DNA from: an uncultured Candidatus Saccharibacteria bacterium
GTDB taxonomy: Bacteria; Patescibacteriota; Doudnabacteria; UBA920
Direction of reading: 5' to 3'
Assembly: GCA_964532425.1 (NCBI GenBank)
Contig: CAZHIA010000008.1
Location: forward strand, 13,224 to 77,223
Length of the DNA: 64,000 nt
Below are positions 44,892 to 54,753 of the stretch, piece after piece. The position numbers and the translations under genes were made by a program. How positions within the stretch are numbered: the first letter of the stretch is position 1; each line of letters opens with the position of its first letter. The notes under the pieces are model-generated. The model had not been told where the DNA came from and ran no database searches. It was given only the letters and a program-made list of their open reading frames with translations.

Positions 44892-47800
44892 ATGTTCGCA
44901 AAGCGTCTTTCCTGGGTAGCCGCGCTCTGCCTTGCCCTCACGGCCCTGTTGCCGTCTTCGGGTTCGGCACTGACTCTGGCTGAGCTGACCGGCACGGCAG
45001 CCACCTCAAGCTATAGCCCGATCACCATCACTTCGGCTTCCAATAAAACCATTACCATCACTGCGACGCCGCTGTCCTTTGACGGTTCAGCCTGGACCTA
45101 CCAAGTCGCCTGGAACCGGGCCAAGAATGCCAAGGGTTCGCTCTATGTTTCGCTTAAGTCCAATGCCGGCATCAAGGTTGCCAGCGTGGCTGCCGCTGAC
45201 CAGGCCGGGACAGTGGCCTTCACCGCGCTGCCTGGAACAGTTTTCCGGGTCGAATTCTACTCCCTGCCGAATGGCAAGGGGAGCCTCTTAGTCCGTAAGT
45301 ACTTTACGAGCCTCTCGGCAGACAAGGCGGTAGCAACGACAGGGGCAGCAAGCAATTCTCCATATTTAATGGGAACTAATGGTTATACGTTTGCAAATAC
45401 CGGCACGAGTTCCACATATGGAGTTGGAACGAGTGGTTATACTGCCGTAGGTACTGCCACAAGCCCTGCTTTAGCGGTGACAAATGGCAATACTGTGTAC
45501 TGGCCGGTTTCCACTTTACAGAAAGACCCAAGCCCAACCAGTGCCAATAATCCATACTGCAAAAGTTCTAACGGACAATCCTGTTATGCCATACCTGCAG
45601 CTTTAGACCCTGTTCAAAACTATGATTTGAGCCTTAAGCATTCAACTCCGGAACAAAGCAGCCAGTGGGTGGTCGCATACAATTATCGATCGGCAACTAC
45701 AGGCAAGTGTATGCACTATGACGCAGCGGGGACGCGCTCGGAAATTCCTTGCTATGCCGACCATCCGCTGCCGACCGTATCCGACAGTTATGTCCCGACC
45801 TTTAACGATCCGACTTTCCGTTTTGATTTAGCAAATGCGACTTGTGTGTATACCGGTGCGTATTCTGCCTATAAAGACTGGGGTCATAGCCATTGGGACT
45901 TCTGTACCGGTTATGGCGGCACTGCCTGGGCGGGCGCTGTCCCTTATACCGTAGTTGATTCCAATAATCCCGTTTCCGGCAACCCAACTATCACCACTAC
46001 AACCACCACCACTACCAATCCTAACCCTGCTCTTACTACCGTTAATCCTACAACTACTGTCATCGGTAATGTTGAATATAAAACCGTCGGCCAAATTTTA
46101 CAGGAAAAGTACGGTATCAACTGGGATCCGACAAACAAGCCAAAAGATCCGCAACCTTCAGGGATAAACAATTATTACTCCTCAACCTATCTTGCCCCGC
46201 TTCCCAGTCAGAGTGTTGGTCTGAATTATGTTAATGCCAACAAGGGTGCGAGTGTACAAATGGTGCTGGGTATGAATTACACCGACGGCAAAGGCAATTG
46301 CTATCACGTCGATTTTTCAACCGGTCAAAAAGTAGTATCGCACCTTGATTGTTATGCTGACCGTCCTTTGCCTGTAATTACCGGTGATGTCCCGGCTCCA
46401 ACCAATGACAACTCGAATTTCCCTTGGTCATTGGCGAATGCCACATGTATTTATATAGCCGGTAACAGTCCATATAAAAATCCGGGAGCGAGCCACTACA
46501 ATAGCTGTGGGGGTACTGACCCGGCAAATATCCCAGGTCCCAGCACGACAGTTGATGTGAATGAAAAAGTTGCTATTAAATATAACGGGGTGAGTATTGA
46601 TACTGACCCGTATAATCCAAAAAATCCGTATGCTCCGCGCGTAGATAATTACTCCTACGCGATGCCCACAATTGACACAGGTCTTAAATTGGTGGATGCC
46701 AATGGCGGTATGAGTGTGCTTTGGGTTCAGAGCTTCCTGTATAAAGACGCCAGTGGCGCATGCCATAAAATGGATAGCACGAGCGGTACGCCGGTTGTGA
46801 GCGACATCCCGTGTTACGCCAACCATCCGCTTCCAACATGGACAAAATCTACCCCGCCCGCCCAAAATGACCCGACTTTCGATTGGACCATGTCCAACGC
46901 CCAGTGTTTGTACACTGCCGGCAGGGGTAAACCGATACCCGGTGCCAGCGAACTCTTGAGTTGCGGGGTGGCTGGTGTAAATCGAGACCCCGGTTACTTC
47001 CAGAATCCTATTTATCCGGTAAACCCTGATGTCAAATTGCCGTCTTCCACAGACCCGTCAATTGTAACTTCTGTAACTTATCGTCAGGTTTCGGGAACCA
47101 CCAGCGGCGCCGTGATTTGTTATAAAACTCAGCGGGTAAAGGGCGCTAACTCTTTGTACCCCAATGAATACACGATGGTTACCACTACTGTCACTTGTCC
47201 AGACCCGCTTCCTCCGGTTTTGGTGGTTGGCCAGGTACCAAGCGCCAATGATACGAATTTTAACTGGGCGGCGGCTAACGCTACTTGCGTGAGAAAAGCT
47301 GACAACTCTCCTGTTCCTTGCGGAACCAGCGCGGCTTCTACCGGTATAAATGGACAGTGTGGCTCGGTCTCCGGACAGATCTATACCTCGTTAAGTTCCT
47401 CAGCTTCTGGTTTGTGTACGGTCGGCACGATGTCAGGTTTTTCCGGCACCGGCCCCTGGAGTTGGTCATGCAGCGGTAATAACGGTGGTATTGCGGCAAC
47501 CTGCTCCGCGTATGCCAACTCGAGCCAGCAGCAGGCAGGCCAGCAGACTTTGTATGCCAAGCAAACCGCATGCCAGACTTCCGGCGGGACCTGGGTTGCC
47601 AGTACTTCTGTATGCGTGCCTCCCAGCTCAACTACCACCAATCAGCCCGCTATCAACGAGCCTTCTTCCGGTTCTGTCGGCCAGAAAGCGACAATTAACA
47701 CTCCTAACACTGGTGGAGTTGGCGCGTTCCTGAACATGTCGAGCAGTAACCCCAGTGTATGTTCCGTACCTTCGACGGTATACGTAAAGCCGAATGATCC

Positions 47801-47903
47801 ACTCAGTACGCCGTCCTGCACCTGCACGGGCAAGGGGACCACCACTGTCACCATTTCCGGCGCGGGTTTTCAGACCTCGACCGAAACGATCACCTGCAAC
47901 TAG
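44892..47903 (+). CDS. giant secreted Cys-rich tandem-repeat protein, paralog 3 of 4 (conserved N-domain; 4 modules with CYADHPLP / NDPTF-F / ANATC-Y motifs; poly-Thr linker; Cys-rich tail)
   Basis: 1003-aa ORF. Signal peptide and N-domain align with paralogs 1, 2 and 4 (ALTLAELTGT...SSY.P.TITSA.NKTITITATPLSF...RAKNAKGSLYVSLKSN...RVEFYS.PNGKGSLLVRKYFT). Confidence 0.85.
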   Translation: MFAKRLSWVAALCLALTALLPSSGSALTLAELTGTAATSSYSPITITSASNKTITITATPLSFDGSAWTYQVAWNRAKNAKGSLYVSLKSNAGIKVASVAAADQAGTVAFTALPGTVFRVEFYSLPNGKGSLLVRKYFTSLSADKAVATTGAASNSPYLMGTNGYTFANTGTSSTYGVGTSGYTAVGTATSPALAVTNGNTVYWPVSTLQKDPSPTSANNPYCKSSNGQSCYAIPAALDPVQNYDLSLKHSTPEQSSQWVVAYNYRSATTGKCMHYDAAGTRSEIPCYADHPLPTVSDSYVPTFNDPTFRFDLANATCVYTGAYSAYKDWGHSHWDFCTGYGGTAWAGAVPYTVVDSNNPVSGNPTITTTTTTTTNPNPALTTVNPTTTVIGNVEYKTVGQILQEKYGINWDPTNKPKDPQPSGINNYYSSTYLAPLPSQSVGLNYVNANKGASVQMVLGMNYTDGKGNCYHVDFSTGQKVVSHLDCYADRPLPVITGDVPAPTNDNSNFPWSLANATCIYIAGNSPYKNPGASHYNSCGGTDPANIPGPSTTVDVNEKVAIKYNGVSIDTDPYNPKNPYAPRVDNYSYAMPTIDTGLKLVDANGGMSVLWVQSFLYKDASGACHKMDSTSGTPVVSDIPCYANHPLPTWTKSTPPAQNDPTFDWTMSNAQCLYTAGRGKPIPGASELLSCGVAGVNRDPGYFQNPIYPVNPDVKLPSSTDPSIVTSVTYRQVSGTTSGAVICYKTQRVKGANSLYPNEYTMVTTTVTCPDPLPPVLVVGQVPSANDTNFNWAAANATCVRKADNSPVPCGTSAASTGINGQCGSVSGQIYTSLSSSASGLCTVGTMSGFSGTGPWSWSCSGNNGGIAATCSAYANSSQQQAGQQTLYAKQTACQTSGGTWVASTSVCVPPSSTTTNQPAINEPSSGSVGQKATINTPNTGGVGAFLNMSSSNPSVCSVPSTVYVKPNDPLSTPSCTCTGKGTTTVTISGAGFQTSTETITCN

Positions 47904-47918
47904 AGCAGTACAGCATAA

Positions 47919-47955
47919 AAAACAAGCCTCCGGAAAATGCCGGAGGCTTGTTTGT
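47919..47955. terminator. bidirectional terminator between paralog 3 and the convergent minus-strand gene
   Basis: aaaaacaagcctccgg-aaaat-gccggaggcttgtttgtttt. Confidence 0.6.
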
Positions 47956-47982
47956 TTTACAAGTCCATGAGCTGTACTTGTA

Positions 47983-48777
47983 CTAGCGCAGGACTGACAT
48001 ATCCTTAACCGATGTGGCAGTAATAGCAGGACTCTCCGCCAGGTGTTTGCCCTGAACGCGGACCGTGTCGTTGTAATTGAACTGGTTGAGGGTGGCGGAT
48101 TTGCCGTTTTTCTTTTGCAGCTTGGCTTTGCTGATATCGACCGAATAGATGACATTATTGGCCACGACGGTCATCCAACCGTCGCCTTTCATGGTCAGAG
48201 TGCCGGTTATGTCGATATTGACCAAGCGCATGGTGGCCTGGACATCGGTTGCTTTTATGTCGGAATTGGAACGGTCCCATATGCCTTTTACCGTGGCATT
48301 CATTCCTGTTTGCAGGTCTCTGAGTCCGCCATTGCTGCCGCTGACTTTGAACATGGTGTAACTGTCGGTATGAATGGTTTGGGTTCCGAACTGGCTGCTT
48401 TGGAGCAGGAAACTTGAGGTGCTGGCATCAACCTGCGTAATTTTTCCGTTAAACGTTCCGGTGTGAGTATAGAGCGACAGATCTCTCACGGTAGCGGCGT
48501 TCATACTGTTGTCTGGCCACAGTGTACCGCTGACTTCGATCTTGTCGCCGGCAAGTATCTCCGAAAATTGCATAGGGGTTCCGTTCTTGCGCATGAGGGT
48601 CGCCTTCGAGGTTTCTGCCACGTAGACAGCCCCGCTGCCGGCCTTGAAGGCGATCTGGTTGCCCCAGGTGTGCGTAACTGTTCCGGCCAGGGTTTGCTGG
48701 ACTGCCGCCGTAGCGGTTGCCGGAAGGAGGCAGGTTATGGCTAGAGCCATGAGGCCTGCAGTACCGATTTTTTTCAT
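47983..48777 (-). CDS. secreted protein with two internal ~90-aa repeats (DUF5666-like)
   Basis: Signal peptide MKKIGTAGLMALAITCLLPATATA. The duplicated segment contains S-K-A-x-L-x-x-K-N-G. Confidence 0.5.
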   Translation of the reverse strand: MKKIGTAGLMALAITCLLPATATAAVQQTLAGTVTHTWGNQIAFKAGSGAVYVAETSKATLMRKNGTPMQFSEILAGDKIEVSGTLWPDNSMNAATVRDLSLYTHTGTFNGKITQVDASTSSFLLQSSQFGTQTIHTDSYTMFKVSGSNGGLRDLQTGMNATVKGIWDRSNSDIKATDVQATMRLVNIDITGTLTMKGDGWMTVVANNVIYSVDISKAKLQKKNGKSATLNQFNYNDTVRVQGKHLAESPAITATSVKDMSVLR

Positions 48778-48980
48778 AGGAATGGAGTAAATTTTGTTTC
48801 TAAAAAGTTGCCTTATTTACGCCCCCAGTATACACCGAAACGCCTGGCGTGTTAAGGGAAGAGTGTTGCGGGGATAAAACGACTTTTGTTACGCAGGAAA
48901 ATATTTTTTTGATTGCAATTTCGGTTTGTAATGGAATATAGCCGTAAAAAATCTTGCATAACAAGGAGTGCCATCGTAGA

Positions 48981-49802
48981 ATGAACGAAAGTCTTCCATT
49001 AAAATGCAAAAGCTTGATCAAACCAATTAAAATTATTTCCGGAGTCTCGGTGGCAAGTGTTCTCTTATTGGCCGGATACTTGTACGCTTCGTCCTTGCCG
49101 CTTCGGGAACCGGTGCAACATAGTCCTGTTGGGGACACGGCAGTCGCCGTCCTCCAGGAAACTGCATCTTCGTCTCAACCGGCTGTAGAAGCTCCTGCTG
49201 CAACCACAACAGGCAACAGTTCTGCAACGGCCAAAGTACAGAATCAGGGTTTGCTTTCTAAGGCGGTGAGTACGGCAGATGCGCAGGAGGAGTCGCCGTC
49301 GAGTTTGCAGGCTCTGGCCAACAGCGTTACGCCTGATCCGGTGACGCTTCGTATCCCGTCTATTCAACTGGTCGCACCCATCGTCAAGACCGGACTTGAG
49401 AAGGACGGTTCCTTGCACGTGCCGAGTTCGCCGGACCAGACAGGATGGTACTCTCTTGGCACCAGGCCGGGGGACATTGGCCCTGCTGTCATTACCGGAC
49501 ATTATGATTCAAAATTTGGCCCAGGAATTTTATATAATTTAAAGAATATCAAGGCAGGTGATCAGATCCAGGTGGTGAGGGACGACGGAACAGTCGCGGT
49601 GTTTGCAGTCGATCGCCTTGCACTCTATCCGCAGGACAATTTTGCCACCCAGGAAGTCTATGGCAGTATTGAGAGCGCCGGTTTGCGCATTATTACTTGT
49701 GCCGGAACCTATAGCAAGAAAACCGGCCATTATTCGGATGATCTGGTCGTGTATGCTACGTTGAGGCAGGTGCTGGTGCCGGGTGCGTATCAGCCGCTCT
49801 GA
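48981..49802 (+). CDS. sortase-family transpeptidase
   Basis: N-terminal TM anchor, catalytic His (VITGH), TLxTC-like RIITCAG Cys, conserved Arg downstream. Confidence 0.7.
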   Translation: MNESLPLKCKSLIKPIKIISGVSVASVLLLAGYLYASSLPLREPVQHSPVGDTAVAVLQETASSSQPAVEAPAATTTGNSSATAKVQNQGLLSKAVSTADAQEESPSSLQALANSVTPDPVTLRIPSIQLVAPIVKTGLEKDGSLHVPSSPDQTGWYSLGTRPGDIGPAVITGHYDSKFGPGILYNLKNIKAGDQIQVVRDDGTVAVFAVDRLALYPQDNFATQEVYGSIESAGLRIITCAGTYSKKTGHYSDDLVVYATLRQVLVPGAYQPL

Positions 49803-49834
49803 AGGCCATATTAGCATTTAAACATAGAAACATA

Positions 49835-49860
49835 AAACACCACATGCAGTGGTGTTTTTG
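49835..49860. terminator. bidirectional terminator between the sortase and SemiSWEET genes
   Basis: aaacaccac-atgca-gtggtgttt plus T-run. Confidence 0.55.
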
Positions 49861-49874
49861 ATTTATTTTATACC

Positions 49875-50120
49875 TTATCGATAGATGAGGGCGCCGATCG
49901 CGACAAGTCCGTTGAGAATAAACCATAGGCAATAGGTAAAGATAATGGTTTTTTCCTTGTGGAGAATGCCGTATGCGATCCAGAAGACGGAAAAGATGAA
50001 GTATGACATCCAGGAGATAGCCGAGACGCCTTCAACGGAATGATCGACCCAAATTTTGACAACTTGCGGGACAGTCATAATCGGGCCGAGGGCGCCGATA
50101 ACGTACATGACTTTGTCCAT
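49875..50120 (-). CDS. SemiSWEET / PQ-loop sugar transporter (3-TM)
   Basis: PQ motif in TM1 (TVPQVVKIW). About 82 aa with three hydrophobic helices. The upstream in-frame extension to 50198 is unlikely to be translated. Confidence 0.6.
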   Translation of the reverse strand: MDKVMYVIGALGPIMTVPQVVKIWVDHSVEGVSAISWMSYFIFSVFWIAYGILHKEKTIIFTYCLWFILNGLVAIGALIYR

Positions 50121-50423
50121 GACTCGAACTGCGGGCCGTTCCGGAATTTCTGTGCCGGCACGTTTGCGTTGGTGGAGGTGGTGGAATCCTTCGTGCATAT
50201 ATATAGTATATCAAATTCAAATCAATATTGTTTATGACAGTATTAATCACTATCTCTCGTAGGCAGGCAGGCTGGTAAAATTTTTTTGCCCTGCGCCTTG
50301 CCTGCTGCGCGTTTACTATCAATGAAAGTCCGTAGAGGGCAAGGCGTTATGGCAAAACAAATTTTATCCAGCCTGCCTGCCTACCATGGTCTGCTATAAT
50401 ACAAAACCGGGATATTATGTATG

Positions 50424-51047
50424 TTACTTTGCGATATCCGGAGCCGGAGCCGCTTTGGTCACCTGCCTGACCAGGACGGCATCGCTTGTGGTGGCAATGC
50501 CTTTCACCGTTACCGATTGCCCGTTCGTGAGACCGAAGTCGGAAACGCTCAGCAGCATACAGCCGATGCGGTGCTGCTCGTCCCCGCACACGCTATTCAT
50601 GTCAAAATCTAGGCGCGCTTTGAGTGCCGGCTTGCCCGGTTCTTCGTATACTAGGTAGAGGCGTTCGCCGTTGCGCGACGGTTTTTCTTTGACGACCACG
50701 CCCGCATGAGAGAAATTAATCTCCGTCTCGCATAGTTCTTCCCACGGCCGCTGGCATTTCTGGGTAGCCGCGCACCACTGGTAGCCGGCAGAGCCAATGC
50801 ATCCATGTTCGTCTCGATCGCTACCCGGCGCGGGCTGGACAGCGGCTTGCTGCGTGCTGGTAGCTGTTTCTTGCGGTGTGTGTCCGCAGCCGGTGGTCGG
50901 TTTTGGCGCAGCTGGTTTGCCATGGGCAGTCCACTGCCCGTTCTGGCAGATCCACGTGTCCTCGGGACCGCTAAAAACCCGCAGTGCCAGCATGGCACCG
51001 CCAAGTGCAAACAAAGCAATAATGAGGGCAAAAAGTGTTTTTTTCAT
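50424..51047 (-). CDS. secreted or membrane-anchored protein with DRDxHGCIGSAGYQWC module (paralog of the N-part of the 58610-59122 protein)
   Basis: Signal/TM segment MKKTLFALIIALFALGGAMLAL. Shares the ~30-aa motif DRDEHGCIGSAGYQWCAATQKCQRPWEELC with the MliC-like protein. Confidence 0.55.
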   Translation of the reverse strand: MKKTLFALIIALFALGGAMLALRVFSGPEDTWICQNGQWTAHGKPAAPKPTTGCGHTPQETATSTQQAAVQPAPGSDRDEHGCIGSAGYQWCAATQKCQRPWEELCETEINFSHAGVVVKEKPSRNGERLYLVYEEPGKPALKARLDFDMNSVCGDEQHRIGCMLLSVSDFGLTNGQSVTVKGIATTSDAVLVRQVTKAAPAPDIAK

Positions 51048-51315
51048 GGAACTATATAGAAGAATTAAGCGTATATAACAGTTTACCCGCGCACCAAATT
51101 TATAAGCAATGCATCAAAGTGCATGCCGGGGCAAATGATCATTTAGCACACTTCCCCGTTTAATGAATTTGGTGCATGGGTATAGTATACGCCCGATTGC
51201 CTTGTGGATACAAAAATGATAAACAATTAACCATTAACAGTTGGCCTTTGACTCTCTTCGGGCACCCTGATGTCGAGAAGGGGTTATCATGGTACAATAG
51301 AATTGAAAAACAGCC

Positions 51316-52932
51316 ATGAATATCCAAAAAGTATTCGACAACCTTACCCAAACACCCATGACCATACCCGGCTGGCTCGCCGGGTTTGGAGGAATTGTGT
51401 TTGTACGGTTCTTGCTCGAGAACCTGTCCAACCCATCGAGCAGCGGCAGTCTCACTACTGATGCGGCCACCTTGGTCCATTATGCACTCTTTTATTTAGC
51501 CGCAACCTTGCTCATTGCACTCATTCTCCACTGGTTCTCCGGCAAACCGGCATTGGCAGTAATGAAATTTACGCTGTTCGGCCTTCTTATTACATGGCTA
51601 CCGCCGCTGATCGATCTGGCGGCCAGAGGCGGGCAGGGAAGTGTCATGGCTTATTTGTTCAGTCCAAAACCGCTGCTGTGGCAGCAGTTGATTAGCTTCT
51701 TTGGTCCGCTGACTTTGTCGGGCATTACGCTCGGGATCAGGATTGAAGTTGCAATTATCTGCCTGGTTGCCGGATTATTTGTATACTCTGCAAAACGGCA
51801 AATTGTTGTGAGCGTACTAGCGGCGCTTGCAGTCTATGCGGTGCTGTTCGTTCTGCTTGCGCTGCCGGCCGTAGTTGGGTTAATGTGCGTCTCATGTCAG
51901 ACAGGCTCCAGTGTTCTGGCCTATTGGCACACAACACTTGCCAGTTCTGCCATCAGCTTGAATTTTTTGCACCCCACCATCCGCCTGTCAGAAAGCCGGG
52001 CGTTTGAGATTTACTTCGATGTAGCCATGGCTCAGCTGTTCTACTTGCTCGCCCTTGCTGCGGGAATGATATTGGCCTGGCGCGCACACAAAAACGCAGT
52101 CATTCATATTTGGAAAAATTCCCGGTTCCTGCGGGTCATACATTACTTTCTGTTGATTGTCCTTGGCATGCTGTTGGCTCAGGCACCGGCGATGAGCCGG
52201 AATTGGGTCCTGGCAACTACGCTCATTATGTTGTTTTTGTCATTCTATTTCTCGTGGATGTTTGCCGTGGGCACGAATGACATTGCTGATGTCGGCATTG
52301 ATCAGATTAGTAACCAGGACCGGCCGCTTGTGACGGGCTCAGTTAACGCGGAAGTCATGAAAGGGTATAACTGGATTTTTCTGCTGCTGTCCCTGACCGC
52401 GGGTTTTTTGGCCGGGCACAATACGTTTTTCTTGGTGCTTGCCTTTACTGCCGTCTATTATGTATATTCCATGCCGCCGCTGCGGCTCAAACGCATTATT
52501 GGACTGTCAGTCGCACTGGTGGCGCTGGCCGGCGTATGCGCAGCTATGGCAGGGTTTCTATTTTGGAATTGGGATAAATCGGTCAGTGCTATTCCGTTGC
52601 AATATGCCCTGCTTCTTTTTCTCGTTTTGTTTCTTACGGTGAATTTTAAAGATTTGAAGGATGTGGACGGGGATCGCCAGGAAGGTATCCTGACCGTGCC
52701 AGTTCTGCTGGGGAAGCGGACGGGGACAACTGTGGTACTGGTACTCTGGCTTATTGCCGGAGCGTTGGGCGCCGTTATAATCGGCCACTGGTGGTTGTCC
52801 ATTCTCCTGGCCGTCATGCTCGCCTGGGCCCAGTGGCGCATAATCTCCAAAGGCTACAACGAACGGATCATGTTCGCGGTCTATTACGCGTATGTCTTGT
52901 TGTGTGCGGGAGTAGTGGTATGGTTGAAATAA
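51316..52932 (+). CDS. UbiA-family prenyltransferase fused to an N-terminal polytopic membrane domain
   Basis: UbiA motif NDIADVGIDQISNQDRPL. 538 aa, more than 12 predicted TM helices. Confidence 0.65.
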   Translation: MNIQKVFDNLTQTPMTIPGWLAGFGGIVFVRFLLENLSNPSSSGSLTTDAATLVHYALFYLAATLLIALILHWFSGKPALAVMKFTLFGLLITWLPPLIDLAARGGQGSVMAYLFSPKPLLWQQLISFFGPLTLSGITLGIRIEVAIICLVAGLFVYSAKRQIVVSVLAALAVYAVLFVLLALPAVVGLMCVSCQTGSSVLAYWHTTLASSAISLNFLHPTIRLSESRAFEIYFDVAMAQLFYLLALAAGMILAWRAHKNAVIHIWKNSRFLRVIHYFLLIVLGMLLAQAPAMSRNWVLATTLIMLFLSFYFSWMFAVGTNDIADVGIDQISNQDRPLVTGSVNAEVMKGYNWIFLLLSLTAGFLAGHNTFFLVLAFTAVYYVYSMPPLRLKRIIGLSVALVALAGVCAAMAGFLFWNWDKSVSAIPLQYALLLFLVLFLTVNFKDLKDVDGDRQEGILTVPVLLGKRTGTTVVLVLWLIAGALGAVIIGHWWLSILLAVMLAWAQWRIISKGYNERIMFAVYYAYVLLCAGVVVWLK

Positions 52933-52952
52933 CATCAGAGAAGTATATACAG

Positions 52953-53036
52953 AACTCCTACGAACATACGAAAATTACGAACTACGAACCGTTGTAAATT
53001 TCGTAGTTCGATCAGTTCGTACGTTCGTAGGAGTTG
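52953..53036. repeat. long imperfect inverted repeat (about 37-nt arms, aactcctacgaacRtacgaa...cgaactacgaa) with internal tacgaac direct repeats
   Basis: Read directly. Sits between the UbiA gene and the ABC-F gene. Acts as terminator, attenuator or operator. Confidence 0.55.
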
Positions 53037-53140
53037 TGAAGATTGCCCGGTATCCATAATGTGAGAGATTGACACGCCTCGTTATTTTTACTATAATTTT
53101 TAGGCAATTTCTACCCCTTTGCGGGGTTATTTTATATAGT

Positions 53141-54634
53141 ATGAACGACAGCGTTATTTTGCGGTTTTCCGATGTCAGCTTTGAATATTCCCACAACAAG
53201 CCTCTGCTACAAGAGGCGAGTTTTTCCGTGCGTACCGGCAGCCGCATTACGCTTATGGGCCAGAACGGGGCGGGTAAGAGCACGCTACTCAAACTGGTGA
53301 CTGGGGAATTAAAGCCCGCTGAGGGCAGTATTTCTATAACCCCGCGCGATGCTACCATTGCCATAGCCCGCCAGGTCATGCCTAAGGAATGTGCAGACCT
53401 GACCGTGCGCGAATACTTTGCCACTGCTTTTACTGAAACTAAATACAATCTCGACAAGCTTATTAAGGATGTCTTCGAAGTGGTCAATGCGAATCTGGCG
53501 CTCGACAAGCGGGTAGGCAATTTGTCCGGCGGCCAGCAGGCTCGGTTGTTGTTGGCTCATGCGCTCATCCAGAATCCAGACATTTTGCTGCTCGACGAGC
53601 CGACCAACAACTTGGATCAGCAGGGGATCGAGCATCTGACCGGCTTTTTGATGATGTACGAAAAAACCGTACTGGTCATTTCCCACGACGCGGACTTTTT
53701 GAATGCATTCTCCGACGGCGTCTTGTACCTCGATGTCTTTACGCATAAGATCGAACAGTACTCCGGTAACTACTATGACGTGGTCGAGGAGATTAAGAAC
53801 CGCATCGAGCGCGAGAATCTGCAGAACGCGCGCATGCAGACCCAGATTAAGGAAAAGCTGGCCCAGGCCGAGGTTTTCGCCCACAAAGGCGGCAAGCTGC
53901 GCGCCGTAGCCAAGCGCATGCGCGAGTCGGCTGAAGAAGCGGAAGAGAGCATTGTTGACGTGCGCCGGGAAGACAAGACCATCCGTGATTTCGATATCCC
54001 GGTACAGGAATTCGACCCGTTCTTTGACGGCAAGATTTTGACGTTCAATTCGGTTTCGGCCTTTAACGGCCATGAAGTGGTACAGAAAGATATCGACCTA
54101 GTGGTCAGGAAGGGAATGCATGTCATAATTTCAGGACCGAATGGCATTGGCAAATCGACGTTATTGGAAAAGATTGCTGGTGTTTTCGGTACGGGAGGGT
54201 CGCGACCCTCCCCTACAGAGGAAGGGTTTGTTGTTGCAAAAGACACGGTTATCGGTTACTACAAACAGGATTTCGGCAACCTGGATTTCCAGCAAAAAGC
54301 TTTTGATGCCCTGAAAGAAGTCATGCAAAAGTTCGATGAGCATGTGTTGCGATCGACCGCCGCCGGTTTTTTGCTGGATGGTAAGCTGCTCGACCAGCCC
54401 ATTGCCGCCCTTTCCGAAGGGCAGAAGGGGCTCTTAGCCTTTTGCCGGTTGGTTCTGCTTAAACCCGGCCTGCTCATTTTGGACGAGCCGACCAATCACA
54501 TTAACTTCCGCCACCTGCCCGTTATTGCCAAGGCGCTCGACAATTACCAGGGTGCCATGGTCATGGTCTCCCACATTCCGGATTTTGTGTCGCAGATCAG
54601 GATCGACCAGAATATAGATCTTGATAATCTATAA
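53141..54634 (+). CDS. ABC-F family ATPase (two ABC domains, no TMD; EttA/Uup-like translation factor)
   Basis: Walker A GQNGAGKST and GPNGIGKST, two LSGGQ signatures (LSGGQQARL, LSEGQKGLL), inter-domain linker. Confidence 0.85.
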   Translation: MNDSVILRFSDVSFEYSHNKPLLQEASFSVRTGSRITLMGQNGAGKSTLLKLVTGELKPAEGSISITPRDATIAIARQVMPKECADLTVREYFATAFTETKYNLDKLIKDVFEVVNANLALDKRVGNLSGGQQARLLLAHALIQNPDILLLDEPTNNLDQQGIEHLTGFLMMYEKTVLVISHDADFLNAFSDGVLYLDVFTHKIEQYSGNYYDVVEEIKNRIERENLQNARMQTQIKEKLAQAEVFAHKGGKLRAVAKRMRESAEEAEESIVDVRREDKTIRDFDIPVQEFDPFFDGKILTFNSVSAFNGHEVVQKDIDLVVRKGMHVIISGPNGIGKSTLLEKIAGVFGTGGSRPSPTEEGFVVAKDTVIGYYKQDFGNLDFQQKAFDALKEVMQKFDEHVLRSTAAGFLLDGKLLDQPIAALSEGQKGLLAFCRLVLLKPGLLILDEPTNHINFRHLPVIAKALDNYQGAMVMVSHIPDFVSQIRIDQNIDLDNL

Positions 54635-54639
54635 ATCAA

Positions 54640-54668
54640 AAAGCCCCGCTCCGTGCGGGGCTTTTATG
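54640..54668 (+). terminator. rho-independent terminator after the ABC-F gene
   Basis: agccccgc-tccgt-gcggggct plus T-run. Confidence 0.6.
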
Positions 54669-54753
54669 TTACTTTTCCTCACAAATATCGTAAACAGTGG
54701 TATACTATCTTTAAGGAAATCTTCCTTAAAGAAACCAAATTAACTTATTCTAT

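Noticed and set aside
54181-54230. Perfect palindrome gggagggtcgcgaccctccc inside the ABC-F coding sequence.
   Set aside because: It lies within a conserved, continuous reading frame (linker region GTGGSRPSPTEEG). Most likely incidental secondary structure, not a separate feature.
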